Sequence record: NC_052653.1
DNA length: 64,000 bases
Direction: 5' to 3' (one strand)
Source: Escherichia phage vB_vPM_PD06
In this document: positions 11,001-20,549 of the stretch, piece after piece
How positions within the stretch are numbered: the first letter of the stretch is position 1
How the letters are laid out: the number at the start of each line of letters is the position of its first letter
Made by a program: the position numbers and the translations under genes
Notes under the pieces: model-generated
Seen by the model: only the letters and a program-made list of their open reading frames with translations
Told to the model about the DNA's origin: nothing
Database searches by the model: none

Positions 11001-11473
11001 TAAATCACTCCTGCCATCACTAAACTACCTATCCAGGTAGCTCCATTATCATAACTAACAAATTCAAAAATATCTGTAGCTCCCTGTTTATAACTCAAAA
11101 CAGGAGCTCGACCAAAACTCCATTTAACAGATTGAGGCCACGTTACTTTATTTGCTCCACTTCCTTGACGTAGGGATAGAGTAAAGTTTTGAACAATGTT
11201 AGTTGTAACTGGAACATTACTAAATGAAATACTGCAAGTTGGACTAGATAAAGTGGCAGAGAAATACTCTGCCGTGCTAATATCTAAAGCTAGGGTATTT
11301 GTAACAGTACCCCTTGCAGAAAGACGATTTCGTGTAACACCAGCACCAGCAAGAAGAACACGTAATGATGTTTTCTTAGTGATGCCTGATTGATCTGTTA
11401 CAAAATAATCTGTGTCTGAAACAGATGTTGTTACAGGTAGATCAGACACCTTGATTGTAGTTAAATCAGCCAT
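11000..11473 (-). CDS. tailspike anchor/adaptor protein
   Basis: 157 aa; N-terminus MADLTTIKVSDLPVTTSVSDTDYFVTDQSGITKKTSL shares the anchor motif with the 3830-5947 tailspike. Confidence 0.45.
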   Translation of the reverse strand: MADLTTIKVSDLPVTTSVSDTDYFVTDQSGITKKTSLRVLLAGAGVTRNRLSARGTVTNTLALDISTAEYFSATLSSPTCSISFSNVPVTTNIVQNFTLSLRQGSGANKVTWPQSVKWSFGRAPVLSYKQGATDIFEFVSYDNGATWIGSLVMAGVI

Positions 11474-12101
11474 TATTATTTGTAGCTCCCATTGTTGCTG
11501 TTATAGCATAGTTGTAATTGGTTGCAAGACCTTTATTGGCTTCGTTAACAAGGTATTTTTCAAGCAATGCCTCGTTAGACCACTCATTCCACCAAGTAGA
11601 ATAAGTATCTTTAGGAAGACCAACAATGTTAATAAAGCGATAGAGTCTATTTGCAGATTCAACAATTTCAAATGCTTCACAAGTGATTGCTGCATTATCA
11701 TCACCAGCCTCTGGATAGATATATTCTTCAGACGGCTGTGTACTGAATAGAGCACTAACAACTTGTTCACCAACTGTAACAGTAACGTTCATTGAGTAAT
11801 ACCTATCATCTCTATCATAAGAGGATGTGTAGGAATTAATATTATCTATATAAACATTACTTGCGATAGTTGATAAGAAAATGCGATCAACAATCTCTTT
11901 CTTCTTGGCAACACCAATAATCTCTTGCAGATATGGAACCCCAAAATTAGAGTTGAGGAACCATTCTCCACGGAAAGTTCTAAGTGTTATTCCAAGCGTC
12001 TGTGCTGCAATTTCACTTTTAGTTGTGGTTAGTGTTAAATCACCATCCACCATTACTAAATCGTTAGAACCATCAAGTTTTAAATCAAATGGTATTCCCA
12101 T
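11466..12101 (-). CDS. hypothetical baseplate protein
   Basis: 211 aa ORF in baseplate cluster. Confidence 0.35.
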   Translation of the reverse strand: MGIPFDLKLDGSNDLVMVDGDLTLTTTKSEIAAQTLGITLRTFRGEWFLNSNFGVPYLQEIIGVAKKKEIVDRIFLSTIASNVYIDNINSYTSSYDRDDRYYSMNVTVTVGEQVVSALFSTQPSEEYIYPEAGDDNAAITCEAFEIVESANRLYRFINIVGLPKDTYSTWWNEWSNEALLEKYLVNEANKGLATNYNYAITATMGATNNNG

Positions 12102-12104
12102 CTG

Positions 12105-12842
12105 TTAACCTCCATTTGGTTTGTCGGAAGTAACAGTGCTACCACCAGTTTCAACACCGCGTACAGGGTGTGTATGTGTGTGTAAACCAATGCCGCCACT
12201 ATCTTTCATACGACCGTCAGGTGTGATTGTTAAACCGTTTAAATTTACAGTGCCACCTTTATATGTCATAGTCCCACCTTGCAGTGTAAGTTTTCCTCCT
12301 CCTGCATCAGTAAGAACGATACTGTCTGGTGTCATATCTATTTTCATACCTTGTGTGTTGTACACAGATATATTACCGTTAGGATCAAACGAAGCGTAAG
12401 TTTGCTTATTATTTGAGATAACAACTTTTTCAGAATCTACTTCTTCTGAAGAATCTGTAGCTGTTGCTATCTTAGGAATAAAACAGGCTGGATACAAACC
12501 ACAAGGTTGAATTAATGTTCCGCTGCTGGCTGTATCCCCGTCTGTCTGGAAAGCATTCGACGGATCTCTTTCTGAAAAGACAACAACACCAATATCTCCT
12601 GCTTTAATTGGAAATGAAATTCTACCTGTACCACCACCATTTACCATAAAAGGAACATCGTGGAATGTTGGGTAATCTATTTCATCTTCAGTAGATCTGG
12701 TATTTTTTACGATAGATTCTAAAGTTACTGTCTTAGATCCATAATCTACACCAATTACCCTTACAGGTAAAGATGTATGTACTTCCGCAACTTGCTCGTT
12801 GATTAATCCACGGATTGCTGTTACAAAATTTAAAGCATCCAT
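12105..12842 (-). CDS. baseplate central spike protein
   Basis: 245 aa; Gly-rich beta-repeat C-terminus with HTHTHP metal-binding-like tip, as in gpV/gp5-type spikes. Confidence 0.5.
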   Translation of the reverse strand: MDALNFVTAIRGLINEQVAEVHTSLPVRVIGVDYGSKTVTLESIVKNTRSTEDEIDYPTFHDVPFMVNGGGTGRISFPIKAGDIGVVVFSERDPSNAFQTDGDTASSGTLIQPCGLYPACFIPKIATATDSSEEVDSEKVVISNNKQTYASFDPNGNISVYNTQGMKIDMTPDSIVLTDAGGGKLTLQGGTMTYKGGTVNLNGLTITPDGRMKDSGGIGLHTHTHPVRGVETGGSTVTSDKPNGG

Positions 12843-12844
12843 TT

Positions 12845-13855
12845 CTAGCCCTTCTTAATAATTGCAGATACAGATACAGACTCTACTTCAGTTGTCCAGT
12901 CTTTACCTTCCCTATCTCCTGTATGAACAACAGATACTACCTTAAAACCACCATCGTAGTTATGGCTCTTGAGCCAAACAGTTTTTTCTGGTAGGATAGC
13001 ACCGTTCATTTCACATCTGAACTTAACACCATCTGTAGGCTTTTTAGCTTTCTTAGAAGATTTAGTTACTTTTTGTGTCGGTTTAATATCGTTGTGGAAA
13101 GGTTCTGGACTACCAATTAAACCTGTTTCTGCACTAATATATGCGCATCTTGCACTAGACATTTGTGATCTTGGTGTTACGTAAACAGATCCGTCTTGTA
13201 TTGACACATTATGATCAATACCTTTACAGATACTTTCTAAGTAATGTGATGTGTTCCCACACATAGCTGTTGCAGATGATAAAGTTTTCTCTGTGTCTAC
13301 GTGAATATTACCTTCTGTAGTACCTAAATCTTTAACTAAATCTTTAACAACCTTACTTACTTTTGTACCTTTCGGATAACTTCTGCTTGTCCTTGCTTCG
13401 GAGATGTTAATACCACCATCCAGACAATGTAACACTGTACGTCTGTCTGTATTGTTAAAGGTATCACTCACCCATTGCACCGTTCCCTTAAAGATCATAA
13501 TTAACTCTTGACCTTCATAACCTACCGCTAAAGCAACAGCCAAGTTGTTACGAATACCTTTGTTAATATAATTAACAGTATCATCACTTAGGTTATAAAT
13601 AGTTATCTCGGCTTGATTAGGATCTTTGTTATTATCTTTTCTTATTGTGAAAGATATTTGGTGCTCCGTAATAACATACAAGTTAGGGGTTGATTTTTTA
13701 GCATCCCCTAGTTTAGTATCTAAGTCTACTGTAGATTTGAAAGAGGAATTTTTTGTCCTTTTTTCTTTAGTATTAGTAGCTGTACCTATTAACAGTTTGT
13801 ATGCTCTGTTTAGATTTGGTGCAGGAGCTTTTGTGTAATTTCTTTCTTCTGCCAT
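12845..13855 (-). CDS. baseplate hub-like protein
   Basis: 336 aa ORF immediately upstream of the spike gene; positional inference only. Confidence 0.35.
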   Translation of the reverse strand: MAEERNYTKAPAPNLNRAYKLLIGTATNTKEKRTKNSSFKSTVDLDTKLGDAKKSTPNLYVITEHQISFTIRKDNNKDPNQAEITIYNLSDDTVNYINKGIRNNLAVALAVGYEGQELIMIFKGTVQWVSDTFNNTDRRTVLHCLDGGINISEARTSRSYPKGTKVSKVVKDLVKDLGTTEGNIHVDTEKTLSSATAMCGNTSHYLESICKGIDHNVSIQDGSVYVTPRSQMSSARCAYISAETGLIGSPEPFHNDIKPTQKVTKSSKKAKKPTDGVKFRCEMNGAILPEKTVWLKSHNYDGGFKVVSVVHTGDREGKDWTTEVESVSVSAIIKKG

Positions 13856-13870
13856 TTAAAACTCCTTTTA

Positions 13871-14290
13871 TCATGCTTGATATGGAAGAGCGTCGATATA
13901 AACCAAAGCAAATCTTTTATCTACACCTGTGTCATAGTAATTAGGTCTACCGTTTATTTTAACAGTATCTACCAAATAGAGTTGACCATCCGGTACAGAT
14001 TCTATATACTTATATGGTTCTAGAAGATCTAAACCATTGGTTACTTTAAAAGTTACACTAGGATTGTCTCCTGATAATCCTAATTGCATTTGCCAGGATT
14101 GATCTCTTGTATTCCATCTCAAACGTATATCATAATCTACTCCATCGAGAGTTACCGTATATGTTTGGTCTGGGTACTGTTCTGTAGGTAAGTACCAAGA
14201 ATAATAACCTAAATTTCGATCAATAAATACTGCATTGTAGCCACTATTAGATGTGCTTCTACTGATCTTTGAATAAGATGAAATAGCCAA
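13871..14290 (-). CDS. hypothetical tail protein
   Basis: 139 aa ORF. Confidence 0.35.
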   Translation of the reverse strand: MAISSYSKISRSTSNSGYNAVFIDRNLGYYSWYLPTEQYPDQTYTVTLDGVDYDIRLRWNTRDQSWQMQLGLSGDNPSVTFKVTNGLDLLEPYKYIESVPDGQLYLVDTVKINGRPNYYDTGVDKRFALVYIDALPYQA

Positions 14291-14301
14291 AAATTTTCTC
14301 C

Positions 14302-15012
14302 TTATTTTTTACCATCTGCACTGTGATCACTAAGATGTTCTGTACCAGTTGCTTTCCCTGTTCTTGCATCCAAATCAGCATCTGGACTAGTACCTTTCTT
14401 GTTTTTAACACCTGTATTCTTATTTGGTTTTGTCTTAAGTGCAATAGCATTTGTTTCCCCGTAGGAAACTAATCTTACTTGTTCAAATTCCAAGTCAAAT
14501 TGCATTGCATATTCTGTTTGATATTCATATGATATGCCTTTCAAAATAACATTCTCATACACCTTATGTTCTGTTATTAAAATGATAGGCTGTCTTTCAT
14601 CAAATATTTTATCTAAGTAAGTAATTGCTTGACTGATACGAGTACCGTTAACACCAGCACTATATAGCATATCTCGCATCAATCTCACAGGTGTCTCTGT
14701 AATCATTCCTGATAAAGAGAAAGTATTATTTTTAACTTGAACGTGATCAGATACGTTAGCTCCATTTTCTACAGGATAACTAGTTACATCTGCTTGACGT
14801 TTTACACCGATATTTGGAACAGCATCAAAAACTATAGCTTGGTAGTTTTGAATATATTGATCACTTGCACTATTGTAAACGCTTGCTAAAATACAAAAAC
14901 CATTCTCCCCTTTCACAGTAGAGGCAGAGTTATTTGTGTTTTTTGTAGAGTTTATATCTTGTTCCGCTTTATAAACCGCTTGAACGTGTTGTTCTGGAGT
15001 GTTTGCTGCCAT
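14302..15012 (-). CDS. hypothetical tail protein
   Basis: 236 aa ORF downstream of tape measure gene. Confidence 0.35.
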   Translation of the reverse strand: MAANTPEQHVQAVYKAEQDINSTKNTNNSASTVKGENGFCILASVYNSASDQYIQNYQAIVFDAVPNIGVKRQADVTSYPVENGANVSDHVQVKNNTFSLSGMITETPVRLMRDMLYSAGVNGTRISQAITYLDKIFDERQPIILITEHKVYENVILKGISYEYQTEYAMQFDLEFEQVRLVSYGETNAIALKTKPNKNTGVKNKKGTSPDADLDARTGKATGTEHLSDHSADGKK

Positions 15013-15090
15013 ATAATTTTACCTCTTAATGTGATAAGAAACATTCTCCCTTATCACTCATTTTATCACGAAAAACAACTCTTTGTCAAG

Positions 15091-15120
15091 ACAAATAAAA
15101 AGCCCCGCCGAAGCGAGGCT
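15091..15120 (-). terminator. intrinsic terminator after tape measure gene
   Basis: Minus strand reads GCCTCGC-TTCG-GCGGGGC hairpin followed by TTTTATTTGT. Confidence 0.5.
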
Positions 15121-15127
15121 TTATGCA

Positions 15128-17107
15128 TTAACCACCAGTAGAAGATTGTCCACTGCTTAACTGAAGAGTTAAACCTTGTGAGAAGTTACTAAAACTGGTA
15201 TTCATTGTCGCATCTAGATAATTACTAAAACCATAGCCATCTGGAATAACATTAATCTGGAATGCGTTGTCTGGGATAACAACCGTATTCTCTACACTTA
15301 ATGGTACTGGAACACCTTGGCGTGGTGTTAGCATAGATGCTGTTAAATCAGGTCTATTGTAACCGATACTAGAAGCACTTGGGTTTAAGGCACTAGTTAA
15401 GAAACTACTATCAAAGTCACCTAAAGGTTGATTTTCAGGTTTATGTTGATCTCTTCCAATAGGCCAATAAGCCCAAGGATTACCACCAACCTGTGCATCG
15501 TACCCATACTGCGTACCATTATAATAATCTCTTACAGCTTCTTTAGAATTGTTTTTTGGCCCAACCTTATTTGAAAAATCAAGGAAATATTTCGCAATTT
15601 TTGCAAGGCTACTTACAATACTACCAGACATTTCACCAAGACCACGAGCAGCTTCTTGGAAAGTTTTCATATTCTCTGCAAAATCTGGTGCAGATTTTAA
15701 ACCATCCATGAATCCTATAAGTAAGTTATTGGTAAAACCTTCTCCTGCTGCACTAATTTGTGCTCTTAGCTTAACAAAATCTTGTGCTGCTTTGATGTTT
15801 TCATCGTTAAGAGTTGCTCCTGAATTTTTTAACATATCCAAGACTTTCATGTACTCTTTACCGTTATCCAAAAACATACGTTGGTAGTGCATTAAGTCAT
15901 CACCAAGGTTTTCCATCAAACGACCAATTTGCGCGGAGTTCATTCCTCTTTTTTGACCTTCATTAACAAGTGCTTGAACAAAGTCTAAAGGTCTGTTCTG
16001 GAATTTAGCAACGTCTTCTTTCGACCAACCAAATTGGTTCATGATTTCATTAATACCACTATCTCCACCTTTCCATTTACCTGATTTTTCATCAAATTCG
16101 GAGTGGAGTACAGTATTACCTAAACGTTCACGAACGTCTTTAATATTGTCAATGGCTTTAATAATGCTGGCAGAGTCTACACCGTTCATCTCACCCCAAG
16201 TACGCATTGTTAAAATTGCATTAGGGTTTACCTGTACGTTCTGACCACCTTTACTAACCATATTAATACGTTCTGCCGCAGTTGTGATACTTTCAGCTAT
16301 TTTGCTTATACCTTGATATAAACCAGCACCTAAAAGAGCAGCACCAAACATAGCAGGGTTAAGAGCAATAGCAGCATTACCTACACCAGATAGCTTACGT
16401 TGTCTGTCGCGTTGTCTTGCTTCTTTTTCTCTTCTTTGCTGACGTTCGAAATCCTTTCTTTCTCTTTCTCGGATACGCTGTCTTCTTTTATCTTCTGCTT
16501 CTTGCAGACGGGCAATTCTACGTCTAGCTCTCTCTTCATCAAGAAGTTGTGCATTCTTCTCTTTATGAGATCTGCGTAGTTCTTCTAACTGTCTAGCCAA
16601 AGTATTATTCATTTGTTGGCTAGTGATCACACCTTTACGATAAAGTTCAACAGTTTCTTCTACAATCTTTTTAGATTTTTCTAGAATTCTGCTGTCTGCT
16701 TTTGTAAAAGGCATAGCTTTAAAACTAAAATCGTCTTGCTTCATATTAGCAAGTGCTGCACGTTTAGCGGCGGCTTCTGCGGCTCTTTCTTCTGGTGTTT
16801 TACGTCCTCCAGAAGATCCAGAACCACCTCTACCACTTCCTCCTTTTCCACCACCACTTGAACCTCCGGTTGGTGGGATTGGTGGAGGATTACCGCCGCC
16901 AAGACCTGACATTTGCTGCCTTATTCTTTTAGCATACTCTTCCATACTTTTAAACTGACGACGCATTTTAGTCATATTTAAAGATGGTTCAATAGATTCT
17001 GTAAAAGTTTTAAGGTTTTTAATTGCGTCTTTAGTATTTTTTAAACTGTCTTTATCTACAGTAAACGTTACTGTATTCTTAATCTTGGAAGTGTTAATTT
17101 CTAACAA
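15128..17107 (-). CDS. tail tape measure protein
   Basis: 659 aa; Gly-rich low-complexity segment, Arg/Glu-rich coiled coil, hydrophobic segment; follows the frameshifted chaperone pair. Confidence 0.6.
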   Translation of the reverse strand: MLEINTSKIKNTVTFTVDKDSLKNTKDAIKNLKTFTESIEPSLNMTKMRRQFKSMEEYAKRIRQQMSGLGGGNPPPIPPTGGSSGGGKGGSGRGGSGSSGGRKTPEERAAEAAAKRAALANMKQDDFSFKAMPFTKADSRILEKSKKIVEETVELYRKGVITSQQMNNTLARQLEELRRSHKEKNAQLLDEERARRRIARLQEAEDKRRQRIRERERKDFERQQRREKEARQRDRQRKLSGVGNAAIALNPAMFGAALLGAGLYQGISKIAESITTAAERINMVSKGGQNVQVNPNAILTMRTWGEMNGVDSASIIKAIDNIKDVRERLGNTVLHSEFDEKSGKWKGGDSGINEIMNQFGWSKEDVAKFQNRPLDFVQALVNEGQKRGMNSAQIGRLMENLGDDLMHYQRMFLDNGKEYMKVLDMLKNSGATLNDENIKAAQDFVKLRAQISAAGEGFTNNLLIGFMDGLKSAPDFAENMKTFQEAARGLGEMSGSIVSSLAKIAKYFLDFSNKVGPKNNSKEAVRDYYNGTQYGYDAQVGGNPWAYWPIGRDQHKPENQPLGDFDSSFLTSALNPSASSIGYNRPDLTASMLTPRQGVPVPLSVENTVVIPDNAFQINVIPDGYGFSNYLDATMNTSFSNFSQGLTLQLSSGQSSTGG

Positions 17108-17126
17108 GGGTAATCCTCCGTATTAC

Positions 17127-17354
17127 TTATGAATCTGGAATTAATTTTTTCATAGCCGTATCCAGTTCTCTTATTGTTCTCTGTTGACCACGTTTAATAT
17201 CCGCATCTTTAACGTGAAGATCTTGTACATAGTCTTCAAATGTTAAATATTCATAAATTTTAAGTAGATAATCTACACCATAATTATCTAACGAGGACAA
17301 GGTTTCGGAGGTATTCTTAATTACCTTACAAAGAATTACTTCATACCATGTCAA
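17127..17354 (-). CDS. tail assembly chaperone frameshift extension (GT-type C-terminal part)
   Basis: -1 frame relative to upstream ORF stays open ~35 codons upstream of its first start codon, overlapping the 3' end of 17402-17884. Confidence 0.45.
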   Translation of the reverse strand: MTWYEVILCKVIKNTSETLSSLDNYGVDYLLKIYEYLTFEDYVQDLHVKDADIKRGQQRTIRELDTAMKKLIPDS

Positions 17355-17401
17355 GCTAAGGGTTTGTGAGGCAATTTCAATTGCTGATTTAATTGCCGGA
17401 C

Positions 17402-17884
17402 TTAACTCTTCGCTAGAGTCTCTATTCCTTGAAATTGGGTCAACAGTTTTCCGAAACCTCGTTTGAAAAAAGGGGCATAGTTCACCTCAAGAACTTTTGC
17501 AGCTAAGTCAACAACTAATTCTGGGTGAGCAAAAAACAATTCATCAAAATTATCGGAAACACTGTGTCCTGCTTCTGTGTAAACTTCATCTAAAATTTTA
17601 CGTAAGAATGCAGCTAAGTTTTTTTCTTCCAGACCACTGAATAATTGGATCAGTGCCATAGCAATACGAGCTTCTAGATCTTCGTCTGCTGACATAAGAG
17701 CAGTATTATACATTGTCATAGGAACAGCCAGTACACTACCTAGTTCTGGAATCCTTTCAAAAACTTTAGTCGGACTCCACTTGAGAACTCTAAATTTTAC
17801 ACTGCGTCCTTCATCCAGATCAATTTCAACCATTACTTCTGGACGAGCAAATTTTGCAATAGTATTATCTTTTTGTTGTTCCAT
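17402..17884 (-). CDS. tail assembly chaperone (G-type)
   Basis: 160 aa ORF between tail tube and tape measure genes with slippery heptamer near its 3' end. Confidence 0.5.
   Translation of the reverse strand: MEQQKDNTIAKFARPEVMVEIDLDEGRSVKFRVLKWSPTKVFERIPELGSVLAVPMTMYNTALMSADEDLEARIAMALIQLFSGLEEKNLAAFLRKILDEVYTEAGHSVSDNFDELFFAHPELVVDLAAKVLEVNYAPFFKRGFGKLLTQFQGIETLAKS
17465..17473 (-). promoter_or_regulatory. programmed -1 ribosomal frameshift slippery site (CCT TTT TTC; heptamer T_TTT_TTC)
   Basis: Zero-frame codons CCT-TTT-TTC of the chaperone ORF; the -1 frame is open from here through 17127. Confidence 0.45.
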
Positions 17885-17901
17885 TATTTCCTCTCTTTAA
17901 A

Positions 17902-17930
17902 AATAAAGGGCATTTCTGCCCTTTTTATTA
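17902..17930. terminator. hairpin with flanking A and T runs (bidirectional terminator-like)
   Basis: AAGGGCA-TTTC-TGCCCTT flanked by AAAAATAA and TTTTATT between tube and chaperone genes. Confidence 0.4.
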
Positions 17931-18407
17931 CTGAATAGTTAGAGCACTAATAGAGTTAAGTGCGTTAACACCAACACCTACAGTAGAACGAAGTAGGCTT
18001 GCATCTTTAAGACCAATTACCCATTGGTTTTCTTGAATAGTTTCACCAATAGTATCGTCCGGTTGGCTTTGAATCCAACCAATTGTGCTGATATAATATC
18101 CGCGAGGGTCTTCCAGATATACGCTAAATGCTACTTGACGAGTAGAATACATCGTTTGTGCATAAGCAGCAAGGACTTCGTTTGCTGGAGAAGTACGTTG
18201 CAGTGACATTGTTAGCGTACCTAAACGGTTACGACTAAGCGCCAGGGAAACGTCACCATCAGTACCTGAATATGGGTTGATGATATCGTTAGTTTTGTTA
18301 ATAACAATTTTGGTATCTGCGGCGAAACCCCAAGGTTCCCAACCACCCAAAGACAGGATTACTTGAGAAGGATCATAGGCCATTACGCCAGTAAGCATTT
18401 TATCCAA
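17928..18407 (-). CDS. tail tube protein
   Basis: 159 aa ORF directly downstream of the sheath gene and upstream of the chaperone pair (canonical contractile-tail gene order). Confidence 0.55.
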   Translation of the reverse strand: MDKMLTGVMAYDPSQVILSLGGWEPWGFAADTKIVINKTNDIINPYSGTDGDVSLALSRNRLGTLTMSLQRTSPANEVLAAYAQTMYSTRQVAFSVYLEDPRGYYISTIGWIQSQPDDTIGETIQENQWVIGLKDASLLRSTVGVGVNALNSISALTIQ

Positions 18408-18427
18408 AGTGGATCTCCTTTTATACT

Positions 18428-18462
18428 ACTTTTCATATAAGCGGGGTTTCCCCCGCTGCTTT
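18428..18462. other. GC-rich stem-loop between sheath and tube genes
   Basis: AGCGGGG-TTT-CCCCCGCT followed by GCTTTTAATT on plus strand; T-run is on the strand opposite to local transcription. Confidence 0.3.
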
Positions 18463-18465
18463 TAA

Positions 18466-19872
18466 TTATGAAGATACAGTAGAGCTATTGGAATTCTGGC
18501 TATTTGCAGTGCGGTTCGTCAGAACGTTTACCTGCACTTTAACATAGTGGAAGAATCCAGCATATACGTATTCAATAACCATACCATCAACCAAACGTGC
18601 ATTGATTTGAGCATCAGTCATATCTGCACGAGATGGGATATAGATAGTAGGTTTAAGGCTTACCAGAAGTCCTGTTTCCTCTGAAGTTACTACCTCATTG
18701 GCAATAGAACCATTGTTAATACCTACTTGGATTGGGTTTGCAGTAACAGCCTGACGAATCAAAGCAAGACCAGCAGAAGTTGCTCTAACACCACTACCAA
18801 GCATAGATTGCTGTTTAAATAGAGCGAACAGAGATTCTTCTACGCGAGCTTTGAACCACAGAGCGTGTACCACATAGTCAACATAGAAACCACTAACCAT
18901 GAAACCATCACGGTAGAACAGAACACCGTGTTCTTTACGGTAAATATTACCATTCTGTTGAACGATAAAGTTTTCTGCTGTCTGACCAAGTTTTTCAATC
19001 TCGATACCAACAAGGGTTTTACCATGCAGGGTAGTAGTACCTGGTGTTGCAGAGCAGATAGAACCAACTACAGCAGCTTCTGGGAACACTGTATCAGCGT
19101 TAGTCATCCACAATGCCATACAAGTGTTATTGTAGCCCATATCACCTAAGCGTTCTAGAATGTTATCTTCTTGTTTAGTTAGAACACCTGGTTGCGAGGT
19201 AGAGAAGAAATACACTTTATCGTGCTCTTCTACATAACCTGCTAGATCGATAATATCTTGTTCTGCGTGAGAATCAGATAGTAACCAGAACCAACTGTTT
19301 TCATAATCTGCAATTTTAGCAATATCTTCTAAGATATCATTTGCATATTCTACTTTAGTTGTGAATCCTGAACTATCCATAGTAGCGTATTTACCTGCAA
19401 CTGGGGTTACAGTGATAACACTACCATCGTTTGACACAGTGAAGAATTCTTTATACACCATGTCTGCGTTGATCATTTCTGTTAAACCAACAACAATCTC
19501 TTGAGCAGTTGCAGTATCATCGGCAACAAACTTGAAGTCCTTGCTTTTTGAATTTGCTTTAATAGTGATAACGTAAGTTGCACTATCTTCAACTACTGGA
19601 GTTAGAGTTGTTTTAGAAACATCACGCTTACCGACGATAACTTGTTCTGGTGCGAACAGACCGTCAAATAGTAGTTTTGCCATTTTATAAGCTGGATCGG
19701 CAGTGCCAAAACCTGCTTGCAGAAGTGCGTCTGAAGAAGTGAAATAATCTACAAGATTGCCAGTAACGTTATGCCCTGTAAGAATTAGAGGGATATCAAA
19801 CTGTGTTTCACTAATTGAAGTAGCACCGTAGGTAAGGGTTACGGAAACTACCTTATCACGAAAAGTTGCCAT
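18466..19872 (-). CDS. tail sheath protein
   Basis: 468 aa ORF preceding tube gene; size and position fit a contractile sheath. Confidence 0.6.
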   Translation of the reverse strand: MATFRDKVVSVTLTYGATSISETQFDIPLILTGHNVTGNLVDYFTSSDALLQAGFGTADPAYKMAKLLFDGLFAPEQVIVGKRDVSKTTLTPVVEDSATYVITIKANSKSKDFKFVADDTATAQEIVVGLTEMINADMVYKEFFTVSNDGSVITVTPVAGKYATMDSSGFTTKVEYANDILEDIAKIADYENSWFWLLSDSHAEQDIIDLAGYVEEHDKVYFFSTSQPGVLTKQEDNILERLGDMGYNNTCMALWMTNADTVFPEAAVVGSICSATPGTTTLHGKTLVGIEIEKLGQTAENFIVQQNGNIYRKEHGVLFYRDGFMVSGFYVDYVVHALWFKARVEESLFALFKQQSMLGSGVRATSAGLALIRQAVTANPIQVGINNGSIANEVVTSEETGLLVSLKPTIYIPSRADMTDAQINARLVDGMVIEYVYAGFFHYVKVQVNVLTNRTANSQNSNSSTVSS

Positions 19873-19892
19873 TTATGCTCCTGTTAGAAACT

Positions 19893-20549
19893 TTATTCCA
19901 ATGAATTATCCGTTGGGATATACTTAATTAATGATCCATCATCAGTCGTCGTAAAGTAATAAGTTTTACTTCTGTGAGCAACAATGTAAATCTTATCCAA
20001 AGGAAGATCTATTGGAGTAGGATCATCGTAATCATCTCTGAACGAATGAATGTTCATATTAATTGCTTCAATTTCGGTAGTTACTAAATCCTCAATAACC
20101 ATCGTAGTATTGAATGTAAGAAATATTCTCGCTCTTTGTTCAGTTTTATCTCCATCCAGAACAGTGTTAGCCTGTGCAACATTTGTTGCAGACAAGAAGC
20201 TAATACCTTTGGAATAAAGATACTGGTATTTTAATTCATCTGCACCACGAAGTGCCGCAAGAACATAACTTAAAAGTGTCATTGGTCTTCCTCTAAAAGC
20301 CATAAGTTCTATTTCATACTTATTGTCCATTAGATATGAAAACGCATCTTCACTAAAAGAATATTTTTGTGACCAACCACCTGAATCATCAGATGATACA
20401 ATACGTAATGTCAGATATGGGGTTGTTGGTTTAACAAATGGTTTATCCATAACATAAACCGGAAGCCCCACGAGTCTTTGTAAGAACTTAGCGATATTTA
20501 ATAATATCGTATTTTCATACAATTCAATTTGTTCGTAGATATTAGCCAA
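19893..20549 (-). CDS. hypothetical protein (likely TTG start with GGAGG RBS)
   Basis: Six-frame ORF 19893-20594; upstream part overlaps previous gene, TTG at 20549 has GAGGAGGG 8 nt upstream. Confidence 0.35.
   Translation of the reverse strand: MANIYEQIELYENTILLNIAKFLQRLVGLPVYVMDKPFVKPTTPYLTLRIVSSDDSGGWSQKYSFSEDAFSYLMDNKYEIELMAFRGRPMTLLSYVLAALRGADELKYQYLYSKGISFLSATNVAQANTVLDGDKTEQRARIFLTFNTTMVIEDLVTTEIEAINMNIHSFRDDYDDPTPIDLPLDKIYIVAHRSKTYYFTTTDDGSLIKYIPTDNSLE

Noticed and set aside
18428-18462. Terminator between sheath and tube genes
   Set aside because: The T-run follows the hairpin only on the plus strand, opposite to local transcription; more likely an mRNA stability or processing stem-loop.
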